DNA of 62,585 nt, taken from a virus. Lineage: Duplodnaviria > Caudoviricetes. The position numbers and the translations under genes are program-made. The stretch is taken from positions 1 through 62,585 of the IMG/VR virus record IMGVR_UViG_3300044813_000005; one strand, written 5' to 3'. This document shows, in pieces, positions 44,637-55,600 of this stretch. Under the pieces are notes generated by a model, which ran no database searches, was not told the DNA's origin, and saw only the letters and a list, made by a program, of their open reading frames with translations. The first letter of the stretch is position 1, and each line of letters opens with the position of its first letter.

Positions 44637-45307
44637 TGCGGATGCGCGGCGATGTAGGACTTGATGCAGGCGGTGAGGTTCCCGTCGGTGATGTTCGGGT
44701 TCGGCTTCGTGCAGGTCCGGAACGCGACGACGACGTAGATCGCCTCACGCCGGGTCGCGGCGGCGTTGCCGGCGACGATCTGCCCGACGGCGGCGGTGGT
44801 CCGTTTCTGCTGCTCCCGGTAGCACTGCCCGGACGCGGTGACGCAGTCCTTGACCTTCTGCCCGTTCTGCCGGTTCTGCCAGGCGACGCCGAGCAGGCCG
44901 GCGGTGAGGACGAGGATCGCGACCAGGCCGAGGGAGGTGAACCTGACCCCGCGGCGGCGGTCGAGCCGGGCCGCTTCGGCGTTGTCCCGCTGCTCGTCGA
45001 CGGCGAGCATGATCCTGCGGTCGGCGTTCTCCGACACCTTCGCCACGGTCGCGAGGACCGGTTGTAGCCCGTTGAGGGCGTCGAGGACGGCTTTCAGCCA
45101 GAACTCGGTCTGTTCCTGGTAGTGGGCGGCCTGCTCCCCCAGCGCACCTTCGGCGCGTTCGTGGTCGGCGTGCATGGCGGCGAGTTCGTCGGTGGCCTGC
45201 CGGTGGTTGTTGGCCGCTGTCTCCGCGTTGAGTGCCTGGTTGCCTGCGGCCACTTCCCCCAGCTCTTTCTCCGCTGCGAAGTGGTCGCGGTGCTCGTCGC
45301 CGGTCAC
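44633..45307 (-). CDS. Coiled-coil membrane protein
   Basis: Single TM, Cys pairs in C-terminal part. Confidence 0.65.
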   Translation of the reverse strand: MTGDEHRDHFAAEKELGEVAAGNQALNAETAANNHRQATDELAAMHADHERAEGALGEQAAHYQEQTEFWLKAVLDALNGLQPVLATVAKVSENADRRIMLAVDEQRDNAEAARLDRRRGVRFTSLGLVAILVLTAGLLGVAWQNRQNGQKVKDCVTASGQCYREQQKRTTAAVGQIVAGNAAATRREAIYVVVAFRTCTKPNPNITDGNLTACIKSYIAAHPQ

Positions 45308-45308
45308 G

Positions 45309-45873
45309 TCAGGCCCGCCTGGTCCGCTCATCAGGTCCGACCCCCGGTAGGTTCTGCGCTCTGCGGACGGCGGCCGCCAGCCTTTCGGACGCGGCGGTCA
45401 GTTCGGCGGTCGCGGCGGACAACGGCGATGGCGGGTCAGGTACGACCGGTACGGCCGGTGCGGGCTTACGCCACGGCAGTCTCATCGCTCACGCCCACTC
45501 CGCCCCGCATCGCGTTCCAAGTCCCGGATCAGCAGGGACATGGCCTGCATCTGCTCTATGACCTTCTCCATCACGTCGGCGGCGTCCCCGATGGAACCGG
45601 CCGCGCGGGTGAGGGCGGGAATGGCTTGGGTGCGGAACTCGGCGTTCAGTTCGGCGACGGCGTTGGAGCAGTTGTCGCTTCTGGTCACTTCGCGGGTGTA
45701 AGCCTTGTAGGCGAACGGTCCGAGCCCGCCGAGGAACACGACGGCGGCGACGACGATCCCGGCGATGGTGGTCGTATCGGTGGCCGCTGCGGCGAGGGTC
45801 ACAAGAGCGCGCGGACGATCGCGACGACGACGAGCACGATCAGCAGCACGATGAGGATCGTCCACAGGTCCAC
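45309..45873 (-). CDS. Three small coupled ORFs (45309-45485; membrane 45482-45802; 24-aa TM peptide 45799-45873), possible lysis accessories
   Basis: Couplings, hydrophobic helices, position after tail genes. Confidence 0.55.
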
Positions 45874-45893
45874 GGCGGGCCGCCCTCTCTTAG

Positions 45894-47120
45894 TTAGTAG
45901 GTCCAGCCGGTCGGCGTGATTCCGCCGAACGGCGGGGACGACAGGTCCCACTGCGCGTCGAACTGGACGACGTAGACGCCGCCCAGCTTGAGCGTGAGGT
46001 TGGACCCATCGGCGCTCGGGCCGAACGTGGTGGTGGCCGCGCCCACGGTGGTGAACGTGGCCACGCTGTTGGCTGTTGTCTCGTAGGCATTGCGGCTGGC
46101 CGACCACTGCTCGGCGGTCACGGTCTTGGCGATGGGAACCCCGGTGGCGTCGGAGATTCGCGACACCTTCGCTGACCCCATTGCCTGCATGCTGGCCTGG
46201 TAGGCGACGGACTCCAATCTGTTTATCATCGCGTCCACGTATTCAAAGATCAGCGTGTCGTTGGCCGTGGCAGTGATCGCGAACGTCAGCGGCACGGCTG
46301 GGGCGTAGGCGGGGGCGTTGCCGTAGCGGGCCTGCAAGGCGGGCAGGGACCACGGCGGGCCGTGGAACTCCCAATAGTCGGAGCTGTTGAACGTCGCCCG
46401 GTGCCAGCGGACCGATACGTGCGGGTGCATCTGGAGGTCTTTCCGGTGGACGAACCACGACGGAATGTCCTGGCTTATCGTCGCCGCGAGGGTGATCTCC
46501 TCGCCTGCCGCGTGGGCCACGGACCCGGCGTCACGGCCCACGTAGAACACCCCGTAGGTGAACCGCGCCAGGTCGTCGGTCAGGGGGGCGGAGTTGTCAC
46601 CCGGCCGGGACGGGTAGTAGATGCGGACGGGACCGGCGAAGGCGACGGGCGCGGTGCGGGTCAGGGTCAGCGTCCAGTTGCCGGAGTTTGTGGGGCCGGT
46701 CCCGTTCTCCCCGTACCAGCCGTAGCCAGTCCCGACCGGCAGCGGCGACACGGCGGTCACGGTGGCGGTTTCCCTTAGCGCACCACCTGTTGCCGTCGTC
46801 ATCAGGTAGACCGTGTCGCCCACGTCGAGCGCCCAAGCGTTCTTGACGGTGATGACCGTGTCGGCGGCGGTGATCGCGCCCACGGTGACGGACCCGCCGA
46901 TGAGGGTCTGGTGAATCAGGTTGAGACGCATCGTCTCGCCGCCGACCGCGATGTGGGTTTGCTGACCCCACGCCGCCATGCCTTCCGCTCCTGGGTAGCC
47001 GGGCCAGTTGTCCCACGCCCCGCCCGTACCGGGCAGGAACGTGGCGAACGACGTGGCCGTGTCGGAGATCGGCTCGCCGAGGATGACGGCCGGGGTGCCG
47101 GCAGGGTCGGCCAGGGACAT
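45894..47120 (-). CDS. Minor tail / receptor-binding candidate
   Basis: AGGAG RBS; beta-rich; last tail-region gene. Confidence 0.55.
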   Translation of the reverse strand: MSLADPAGTPAVILGEPISDTATSFATFLPGTGGAWDNWPGYPGAEGMAAWGQQTHIAVGGETMRLNLIHQTLIGGSVTVGAITAADTVITVKNAWALDVGDTVYLMTTATGGALRETATVTAVSPLPVGTGYGWYGENGTGPTNSGNWTLTLTRTAPVAFAGPVRIYYPSRPGDNSAPLTDDLARFTYGVFYVGRDAGSVAHAAGEEITLAATISQDIPSWFVHRKDLQMHPHVSVRWHRATFNSSDYWEFHGPPWSLPALQARYGNAPAYAPAVPLTFAITATANDTLIFEYVDAMINRLESVAYQASMQAMGSAKVSRISDATGVPIAKTVTAEQWSASRNAYETTANSVATFTTVGAATTTFGPSADGSNLTLKLGGVYVVQFDAQWDLSSPPFGGITPTGWTY

Positions 47121-47196
47121 TCGGAACTCCTGCCAGAAACGGTCTTTCGGCCACCGGGCGGGCGGCCGGACGGCGGTCGAGGGCGGCGTGCGCGGA

Positions 47197-48480
47197 TCAC
47201 GGGAGTGCGCGCAGGATGAACAAGAGTGCAATGTACGGCGGCATGTTATTTACCGACGTGCCCGACCCCGTTGAAGCTGTCGCACCCGGATCGGTGCTCG
47301 CGGTCGCACCCGGATCGGTCGAGCCGCCCGCGCCGGGTGTCGTCGCCGACGTCGCCCCCGGATCGGTGCTCCCCGTGTTCCCCGGATCAGTGCTGCCGGT
47401 CGCGCCGGTCCCCGCAGCCGCAGACGCACCAGGGTCGGTGCTGCCCGTCGCCCCCGGGTCGGTGGACGAGACGCTGATCGCGCCGGCGTCGGCGGACCCG
47501 TGGTCGTGTGAGCCGGCCGTCGTCGACGCAGCGGGACCGCCTCCCGTGTACGCCGCCGACATGGACCCGCCGGACACGGCCTTCGTGGCGCCCGTCCCGA
47601 ACGGCACCGTGTGGGAGTGAGAGCCGGCCGCCCCGTGGGTGTGGGTCGGCTGCGTCGCCGTGTGCGTGTGCGGACCGCCCGACCCGTGGGTGTGACCGCC
47701 GCCGGACCCGTGCGTGTGCGACGGGCCGGTGTGGGTGTGCCCGCCGCCCGACGTGTGCGTGTGCCCGCCACCGGACCCGTGGGTGTGGGACGCACCCGTG
47801 TGGGAGTGCCCGCCACCGGACCCGTGGGTGTGACCCCCACCGGAGCCGTGGGTGTGGGCGGGCATGTTCGCCGTGGTGAGCGTGAACAACTCCGACCCCG
47901 CGGACTCGCCGCGGAGGAACTTGGTGCCGTAGCCGGTGGGCACCCGGTCGGTCAGGTTCGGGATGTTGAACGTCGTCGACCCGTTGCCCGCCCCGTAAGT
48001 GGTGCCGCACACGGCGAACAACGCCGCGTACACGGTCCGGTCGACGGCCGCCCCGTCGCAGGCGAGCCAGCCGGCCGGCGCGGTCGCCCCCGCGTAGGCG
48101 ATGATCTGCCCGACCGGGGGGCCGGTCGGCTGCGTGCCGCCGAGCTTCCCCGCCACATGCGCGATCGGCCCCTGCTGTAGCAGGTACACCAGGTCCCCGA
48201 CGGTGGGCGTGTAGCCGGCGTCGATGACCGCCCAGTACACGCCGGTCGCGTCGGTCTGCACCCGGCCGGCGTTCGCCCCGGTGCCGATGGCGGTGACCTT
48301 CCCGTACCGCAGGACCGCCCCGTCGGGTGGGCGGGACTCCGGCCCGGACGACGTGCCCGTGTTGGTGATCTCGTCGGCGAGGGTGCTGATCGTCGCATCT
48401 GAGACGGTCGGCGCGGTCGGGTCGACAGCCGGGCCGGGGGCGACCGGCGGTGCTGCCGGGTCGAGGCCGGGGTCGGTCAC
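47197..48480 (-). CDS. Tail fibre with collar domain and His-x-His needle
   Basis: PVGQIIAYAG..APAGWL.CDG...TFNIP collar; 12 HxH motifs; NNMPPY terminus. Confidence 0.9.
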   Translation of the reverse strand: MTDPGLDPAAPPVAPGPAVDPTAPTVSDATISTLADEITNTGTSSGPESRPPDGAVLRYGKVTAIGTGANAGRVQTDATGVYWAVIDAGYTPTVGDLVYLLQQGPIAHVAGKLGGTQPTGPPVGQIIAYAGATAPAGWLACDGAAVDRTVYAALFAVCGTTYGAGNGSTTFNIPNLTDRVPTGYGTKFLRGESAGSELFTLTTANMPAHTHGSGGGHTHGSGGGHSHTGASHTHGSGGGHTHTSGGGHTHTGPSHTHGSGGGHTHGSGGPHTHTATQPTHTHGAAGSHSHTVPFGTGATKAVSGGSMSAAYTGGGPAASTTAGSHDHGSADAGAISVSSTDPGATGSTDPGASAAAGTGATGSTDPGNTGSTDPGATSATTPGAGGSTDPGATASTDPGATASTGSGTSVNNMPPYIALLFILRALP

Positions 48481-49610
48481 AGGTTGACGACCTTCCGGGA
48501 CCGCATGGACAGGGTCATCGGCCCGCCCCGCAGCGGCTGGCTGATCTTCTCGATGATGTGGGTGCCGGCGAGCCGGGTGTCGGGGTCGGAGACAGCGACC
48601 ACGTCGCCGATGTCGTGGCCCCAGTGGCCGAGGCAGTCCACGGTCACCTGCTCTTGCAGGCCGAACACGCGGGCGCCGATCGTCTGCCCCGCCTTCGTCG
48701 CCTGCGCGGTAGTGCTGATGATCGGGGAGGCGAACCCGAACGGGACCGGCCCGAACGTCGACAGGCCCGGCGCGGCCGGGTCGTAGTAGGTAGGGCTGTT
48801 CGGGTCCAAGTCCCACACGTACACGCGGATCGGCGCGGTCAGATCGGGGTTCTCCGACGACACCACGACCCCCGAGTAGGAGTTGGCGTCGGTCATCGCC
48901 CGGCTGTCCGCCAGCAACAGCGACAGTTCACCGGGGGCGTACGACCAGGACGGGGCGACCTGGTTGTAGTCGGGGATGGGGCGGGCGACGAACGTCCCGA
49001 GCACGTCGAAGAAGCATTCGTAGCTGATCGCGTCGGCGATCTGCTGGATCGCCGCCCACGGGTCCGACAGCGCCTCGAACACCAGCGCCGGGCAGGTGTT
49101 CGTGGTGGGGGTGATGTTCGTCGGGTAGGTCGACCGCGAGGTGATGATGTCGGAGATGACGTTGGTGGCGATCGTGCCGGCGGTGACACTCCACGGGTCG
49201 GCGAACTGCCGCTGCTGGATGCTGCGGCCGCGGTCGTAGCCTTTGATGTCGATGGTGAACCCGGACCCGTCGCGGCGGATGTCAGGCTCGGACACGCGGA
49301 GGGTGGCGAGGGGCACGTATTCGAGGGTGCCGTCGGGGTGCGGGTTCAAGTACAGCCCCTTGTACAGGCGAAGCTCGGTGCCGCGGGGGGCGAGCATGTC
49401 CTTCGCCGTGACCGGAGTGAGGGTGCCGGTGGGGTCGAGGAGCCGCAGGCTTCCGGACCGGCGGACGACCGCGTTCTCAGCGGTGATCGACCCTTCGACC
49501 ACCACGTCGAGGACCTGCTGGGACTGGCCGGCTTGGAGGACTTCGACGCGGGTGGTGATCCGCCGGGACCGCAGCAGCGCCGCATTGAAGGCATCCGAGG
49601 TCGCCCACAC
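48477..49610 (-). CDS. Minor tail protein (tail tip/hub)
   Basis: Position two genes after tape measure; typical size. Confidence 0.75.
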   Translation of the reverse strand: MWATSDAFNAALLRSRRITTRVEVLQAGQSQQVLDVVVEGSITAENAVVRRSGSLRLLDPTGTLTPVTAKDMLAPRGTELRLYKGLYLNPHPDGTLEYVPLATLRVSEPDIRRDGSGFTIDIKGYDRGRSIQQRQFADPWSVTAGTIATNVISDIITSRSTYPTNITPTTNTCPALVFEALSDPWAAIQQIADAISYECFFDVLGTFVARPIPDYNQVAPSWSYAPGELSLLLADSRAMTDANSYSGVVVSSENPDLTAPIRVYVWDLDPNSPTYYDPAAPGLSTFGPVPFGFASPIISTTAQATKAGQTIGARVFGLQEQVTVDCLGHWGHDIGDVVAVSDPDTRLAGTHIIEKISQPLRGGPMTLSMRSRKVVNL

Positions 49611-52600
49611 TAGGGCGCCGCGACTTGCACGTAGGTGACGTCGACGGACTGGCCCACGCCGGCGGCGGCGGTGACCTTCTGGTCGGTCACCCACACGTAC
49701 CAGTAGTCCCCCGAGGGGGATTGCAGCAGCAGGGTGGTGGGCCGGTTCAGCAGGTCGCGGAGCGCCCGCCGCTCGGCGATCCCGCCCATGTAGAAGGTGA
49801 CTTTGGTGCTGTCGTCGCCGGTGGACCCTTCGGACTCGATGAGCGGGAACGGGCGGCCGGCGGGCCGGTACGCGGCGCCGATGTAGGAGCGGTCCACCTC
49901 GTGGTCGGTGACCAGACCGCGAGCCTCACCGGCCGGGTCGAGAGGGTCCCGCAGCCCCCACACGTCGGAGTCGACGGCGACGAGCGCGGCGGGGGACAGG
50001 TCAGATGCGAGCTGCTGCCCGGAGGTGAGCAGGGAAGTGGCCTGCGCCGTGTACAGCACGTCGGTGGCGAACGGCATCTCCCGGTCGTAGGCGACCAAAT
50101 ACTGGGTGGCGTCCCCGGACACGCTGTCCACGGTCCGCACCGTCGATACGGTGCCGTCGGGGAGGGTGCGGAGGACGGTGAACGACTGGGTGGGGATCAG
50201 CCCACCCGGCCCTGCCACGGTGGACGTGCCGGGGTGCAGGTCGATCCCGTCGACGTAGTGGACCTCCCCGGACGCGGCGGACTGCACTTCGAGGACGAGC
50301 CGCACCCGGTCGCAGCCGAGAGGCGCAACGCCGACCGTCGACATTTGGGTAGGGAAGTTCAGCACGTCAGCAACGGGGGTGCCGCTGGTCGTCGACAGCA
50401 GCGTGTCGTCGGGGGCGTACCAGCGCAGGTTCAGCCGGCACAGCCGCACCGCGCTCGCGGCGGAGAACGAGCCGAGGGCCGTGTACGTCTGCCCCGGGTC
50501 GGCGGGGAAGTCCCGGGTCGCCGCCTGCGGCAGCCCGGTCGTCACCAAAGGCGGTATGCCGGGCCCGGAGACGAGGCGCATCGTCCCCGCCGCCGTCGCG
50601 GTCATCGACAGGGACAGATTCCCGGCGACCACCCCCGCCGTGCTGCTGCCGGCCGTGCAGTTGAGGTCGTTGTTCCAGTCGTTGACCGTGTCGGTGTGCC
50701 CGTACGCCTGCGAGGCGGTGAGCATGTTCGTCAGCCCCTGCACAGTGAGCCGCACCCGGTCCAACCCAGACAGGTAGTCCCGCTCCACGACGGCGGCCAG
50801 CGACGGTGCGGGGGCGGGGGTGAGGACCAGCAGGAACTCGGCGTACACCCACCCCGAGTACAGCGACAGGGAGTCCGACGCGCGGAAGTACGCCCGGTAG
50901 GTGCTGCCGTTCAGCAAGGTCGCGCCGACGCGGACTGTCCGCTGGATGGTGGACGACACTTCACCGGAGTCCCACACGGCGGTCGACGTGGCCGGGTCGA
51001 ACCCGCCCGCCGAGTACGTGGCGAGGTCGACGACGCGGACCTGCCAGGTCCGTTGCGCGTTCGCCCCGCTGTACGTCCAGTTGATGACCGGGGACGAGTC
51101 TTCGGAGTAGATGCCCTGCGGGGCGGTCACCGCCACCAGCGGCGCGGTCGTCGCCGTGACCGTCGCGTCGGGGGCGAACCCGGATGCGAGGCCCGTCGAG
51201 TCCTGGGTGTTCACCGACCACTGCCAGGTGGAGCCGTTCGTCCACACGCCGGCGGGGAACGACACCGACTGCGCCGACCCGGTGTTCCACACCGCCGTCG
51301 CACCCCACGTCGCCGACCCGGCCGTGTAATAGGAGTAGGCGCCGACGCCGACCTTCCGCCGCATCTGCCACGCGCCCTGCGTGTCGCCGGGGTCGGGGTC
51401 GACGAACCGCCACGAGAACACCGCCCCGTACGTGCCCAGGTCGGCCACGGACGACGGGGATGGGGTGAGGAGCTGCGGGGCGGACGGCGCCTGGTTGACG
51501 CTGGTCAGCTTGACGTAGTTGACGGTGTACGGGCTGGCCGACCCGGTCAGGTACACGGCTTCGATCGCCGACGACGCCACGTACTGCTTGAGGGACACCC
51601 GGCCGGGTGCGCCGCCCATCGTCGCTGTCCCGATCGTCGCCCACGTCCCCCACGCCGCGCCCGTCCGGTTGTACCGGACCCACTGCGGGTCGTCGTTCGT
51701 CTCCCCGTACGCGGCGAGGTAAATGTCGTCGGAGGTCGGGTCGACGGCGAGGCTCGCGGCCAGCGGGTAGCCGGCCCCGTACGCGGGGGGGTTCCGCTGG
51801 GTGACAACCCCCGACGACTCCAACCATTCCAGTGTGCGGACCGCCGCCGAGCTCGTCCCGACCGTACGGTCGCGGGTGCCGTAGGCGACGATCAGCCGCG
51901 TCCCGTCGTAGGCGCAGCGCATCGTCCGGCCGGTGCAGTCAGTAGATGCGTCCAACGTGACAGCGGCGGCCTGCGACCACGCGCCGGACTGGTAGGTGTG
52001 CTTCACCAGTTGCAAGGCATCCTGGCGCGGCGAGCCCGTGTTCGGCGTGTTCACCCCGGACACGATGTACACGTGGGGGGTGGCCGTGGCCGTCTTCCCG
52101 TCGCCGGTGTGCTGGAACGCGAGACTGGCGAACGGGTAGCCCCCGCCCGTCGCCGTGCGGACCACCTCGGTCGGGCCGGCGGTCAACGCACCCGACGAGG
52201 AGATGTCGACGCGGGTCAGGCGCAGCGTGTTCGTGGTGGTCCCACCGGACACGGCGGTGGTTGTGACCGCCACCCACGCCTTCCACCCGGTGCCGAGGCG
52301 GAACGCGACCATGTCCACGCCGCCGTCGACGGCCAGCGCCTCCGACGACGGTGCGAGTTCGATCGTCTTCCACGTCCACGCCGTCTTCGCCGAGTTCGGC
52401 GTGCCCCGCGCGTAGATCAGTTCGGTGTTGTTGTCCCGGCCGACGAGGTGCGCGTACCCCTCGGCGTCGACGTGGAAGGCGCGGGGGAAGAACGTGCTGA
52501 TGAGGTCAACGTCGGACCCGCTGTTCGACCAGGTGGTGCCTTCGTTCTTGGAGTACCAGAACAGGGCGTCGTCGCCGGCCGCCATCGTCAGCCACAGGGT

Positions 52601-52690
52601 GCCGTCCGACGCCCGGTCCAGCACCCGCTCGGGGCTGCCGGAGATGGTGTGTGCGTCGGTGGCGGTGGTGACCTTGGTGGGGGTCGGCAT
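49610..52690 (-). CDS. Large minor tail protein (distal tail with accessory beta domains)
   Basis: 1026 aa immediately after tape measure; FN3/CBM-like segments. Confidence 0.75.
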   Translation of the reverse strand: MPTPTKVTTATDAHTISGSPERVLDRASDGTLWLTMAAGDDALFWYSKNEGTTWSNSGSDVDLISTFFPRAFHVDAEGYAHLVGRDNNTELIYARGTPNSAKTAWTWKTIELAPSSEALAVDGGVDMVAFRLGTGWKAWVAVTTTAVSGGTTTNTLRLTRVDISSSGALTAGPTEVVRTATGGGYPFASLAFQHTGDGKTATATPHVYIVSGVNTPNTGSPRQDALQLVKHTYQSGAWSQAAAVTLDASTDCTGRTMRCAYDGTRLIVAYGTRDRTVGTSSAAVRTLEWLESSGVVTQRNPPAYGAGYPLAASLAVDPTSDDIYLAAYGETNDDPQWVRYNRTGAAWGTWATIGTATMGGAPGRVSLKQYVASSAIEAVYLTGSASPYTVNYVKLTSVNQAPSAPQLLTPSPSSVADLGTYGAVFSWRFVDPDPGDTQGAWQMRRKVGVGAYSYYTAGSATWGATAVWNTGSAQSVSFPAGVWTNGSTWQWSVNTQDSTGLASGFAPDATVTATTAPLVAVTAPQGIYSEDSSPVINWTYSGANAQRTWQVRVVDLATYSAGGFDPATSTAVWDSGEVSSTIQRTVRVGATLLNGSTYRAYFRASDSLSLYSGWVYAEFLLVLTPAPAPSLAAVVERDYLSGLDRVRLTVQGLTNMLTASQAYGHTDTVNDWNNDLNCTAGSSTAGVVAGNLSLSMTATAAGTMRLVSGPGIPPLVTTGLPQAATRDFPADPGQTYTALGSFSAASAVRLCRLNLRWYAPDDTLLSTTSGTPVADVLNFPTQMSTVGVAPLGCDRVRLVLEVQSAASGEVHYVDGIDLHPGTSTVAGPGGLIPTQSFTVLRTLPDGTVSTVRTVDSVSGDATQYLVAYDREMPFATDVLYTAQATSLLTSGQQLASDLSPAALVAVDSDVWGLRDPLDPAGEARGLVTDHEVDRSYIGAAYRPAGRPFPLIESEGSTGDDSTKVTFYMGGIAERRALRDLLNRPTTLLLQSPSGDYWYVWVTDQKVTAAAGVGQSVDVTYVQVAAP

Positions 52691-52694
52691 GCTG

Positions 52695-55600
52695 TCACCT
52701 TCTCCGCAGCGCGTCGACGAGCTTTGTCAGCGACTCGTCCATCGCCGAGGAGACAGCCGCGTGGATGTCGGTGGTCTGCCCGTTCGCGCCGGTGATGTGC
52801 AGGTCGACGCGGATCGCCCCGTCGTGGACCTGCACCCCGCCCGCGCCGGGTGTGGCGGCGATGGGTGGGGTTGCGGTGGGCGCGGTGCGGGGCAGCGACG
52901 ACAGTCCGCCGGGGCCGATGATGCGGCCCATGATGTTCGCCGACGAGCCGGTCCGTAGTGCTACGAGGTCGGTGACGTCCCGCATGGCCCGCTCGACTAG
53001 CGGCATGGCACCGCGGATGCCGTTGTGCAGACCTTGGATGATCGCGGTGCCTTCGTCGACGAGGAGGACCCGGTCCCGTTCGATCGGACCCTTGAGCGCC
53101 TTGATCTTCCCGGCGATCGACGCGACGGACGACAGCAGGCCACCCATCGCGGACAGGATCCCGGAGGCGAGGCCGTGGATGATGGCCGCACCGGCGGACA
53201 CCAACCAGCCGCCGGCACCGGCAAACGCGCCGATGATCCGGGACCGCAGCCCCGACATGACCCCGATGATCGCGGACGCACCCGCCGAGACGGCGCCAGC
53301 CATCGCCGACATCGCCCCGCGGATGATCCCGACGACCGTGTTCCAAGCCGACGACATAATCCCCTGGATGGTGGACATGGCCGACGACACGTAGGACTGG
53401 ATTGCCGACATCGCTGACGAGACGGCCCCCGCGATCGCGGACATAGCCGCGGAGACGATCCCTTGGATGGCCGACCAGACCGCGGAGAACGTGCCTTGGA
53501 TGGCGGCGAGAATCGAACTGATGATGCCCTGGATGGCGGACATCGCCGACGACGTGGCCCCCTGCATGACGGACCAAGTGGTGGACAGGAACGACGAGAT
53601 CGCCGACCAGATCGAGTCCCACACCGACTGCAACGCGGACAGCCCGGCGGCGACGAACGACTGCAAAGCCGTCCACGCCGACGTGGCGGTCGCCTGCATC
53701 GTCGCCCATGTTGCGGACAGGAACCCGCTGATCGCCGACCAGACGGCCGTCCACGCCGCTTGCAAGGCGGCGAGGCCGGCGCGGAGGAACGCCGACACCG
53801 CGTTCCACACGGTCGTGATCGTGGACTGGATGGCGTTCCACGTGGCCGTCGTCGCAGCTTGGATCGCCGACCATGCGGTCGTGAACCCGGCCCGCAGCGC
53901 GTCGAGGACGGTAGTGACCAGGTGGACCGCCCCGGACATCCCCGACGCGAGGCCAGAGATGAGGGCTGTACCGGCGGACAGCAGCCACGTGCCGGCGGTC
54001 TTGAAGTAGTCGATGATGGTGCGATTCATCTCATCGAGGCCGGCGCGAAGCCGGGTGGGTAGGGCGTCGTGGATGCCCTTGACGATCCCGATGATGATTG
54101 CCCCGCCGGCTATCGCGAGGCCGGCGGCGATACCGACGATCGCGGCGGCGATCAGTGCGGGGATACCGAGGATCACCGCGGCGATGAGCGGCAGAGCAAC
54201 CCGCATGCCGGTCACCAGCCCGCGGATGATCTCCGGGCCGTGGGAGACGAGCCAGGTGGCCGCGTTCGCAAAGAACCGGCTGATGACACCCGGGAGGGCG
54301 GCGAACCAGGCGGCGATCTGCGGCAGCGCCGACACCAGCCCCCGCACCAGACCGGCGACGATCTCCACGCCGTTACGAACCAGCCAGGTAACCGCGTTGG
54401 TGAGCACCCGGGCGATCGCATTGGGCAGGGCGACGAACCAGCCGATCACCGTCGGCAAGGCGGACGCCAGCCCGCGGACGAGGCCGGCCACAATGTCGGC
54501 GCCGTTGCGGACCAGCCACGTCGTGGCACCGACGATCGCTCGGGCGATGACCCCCGGCAAGGCGGTGAACCAGCGGACGATCGTGGGGAGGGCGGAGACG
54601 AGGCCGCGAACCAAACCGGCGATCATGTCGGTGCCGGTGCGCAGCAACCATGTCGTCGCCCCGGACACGTTCCGGACGATCGCGGCGGGCAGCCCGCGGA
54701 ACCATGCCCAGATCGCCGGTGCGGCGTTCGTGAGGCCGTTGACGAGGCCGGTGATGGCGTCCCGGCCCAGCGTGACCAGCCAGGTAGTGGCGGATCCGAT
54801 CGCCCGGATGATCGCGCCGGGGAGGGAGCGCATCCACGCGTAGATGTTGGGGGCGGTCTGCGAGAAGCCGGTGACCAGACCGTTGACCGCATCACGGCCG
54901 AGGGTGACAAGCCAGGCGGCGGCCGAGCCGATCGCCCGGATGATGTTCCCCGGCAGCGCCCGGAACCACGCGTAGACGGCGGGCACCGCAGTGGTGAGCG
55001 CGGTCACGAACCCGCTGATCGCGGATGCGGCGAGCGAGGTGAGCCAGCTCGCCGCGCTGCCGATCGCGGCGACAATGCGGCCGGGGAGCGCCCGGAACCA
55101 CGCGTACACGACGGGTGAGGCGGCAGTCAGAGCGCCCACGAAACCAGCGATCGCCCCGGTGGCGAGGCTGACCAGCCAGGTAGCGGCCGAGCCGACAGCG
55201 GCGGTTATCCGCCCTGAGAGCCCGCGGAACCACGTGTAGATCGCCACGGCCGAGGTCGTCAGCGCACCGACGAACCCGCTGATCGCTGACGACGCCAGAC
55301 CCACAAGCCACGTCGCGGCGGAGCCGACTGCCCGGCCGATCGCCAGCGGCAGCCCGCGGAACCAGGCGTACACGGCACCCGCCGCGGCGGTCAGCGCGGA
55401 CACGAACCCCGACATGGCGGAGCTCGCCAACCCAGCCAGCCAGGTAGCGGCCGACCCGATCGCCGACACGATCCGCCCGGGGAGGCCGCGGAACCATCCG
55501 TACAGGGTGCCGGCCGCGCCGGTGAGCCCGCTGACCAGTCCGCCGATGATCTGCCCGCCCAACGACAGCATGTTCCCGACGAGGCCGGTGAACGCCGACA

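Noticed and set aside
47197-47300. Diversity-generating retroelement variable region at the fibre C-terminus
   Set aside because: No reverse transcriptase or template repeat seen; changes look synonymous
49625-52795. 1056-aa plus-strand ORF and similar long antisense ORFs
   Set aside because: High-GC shadows of well-supported minus-strand genes
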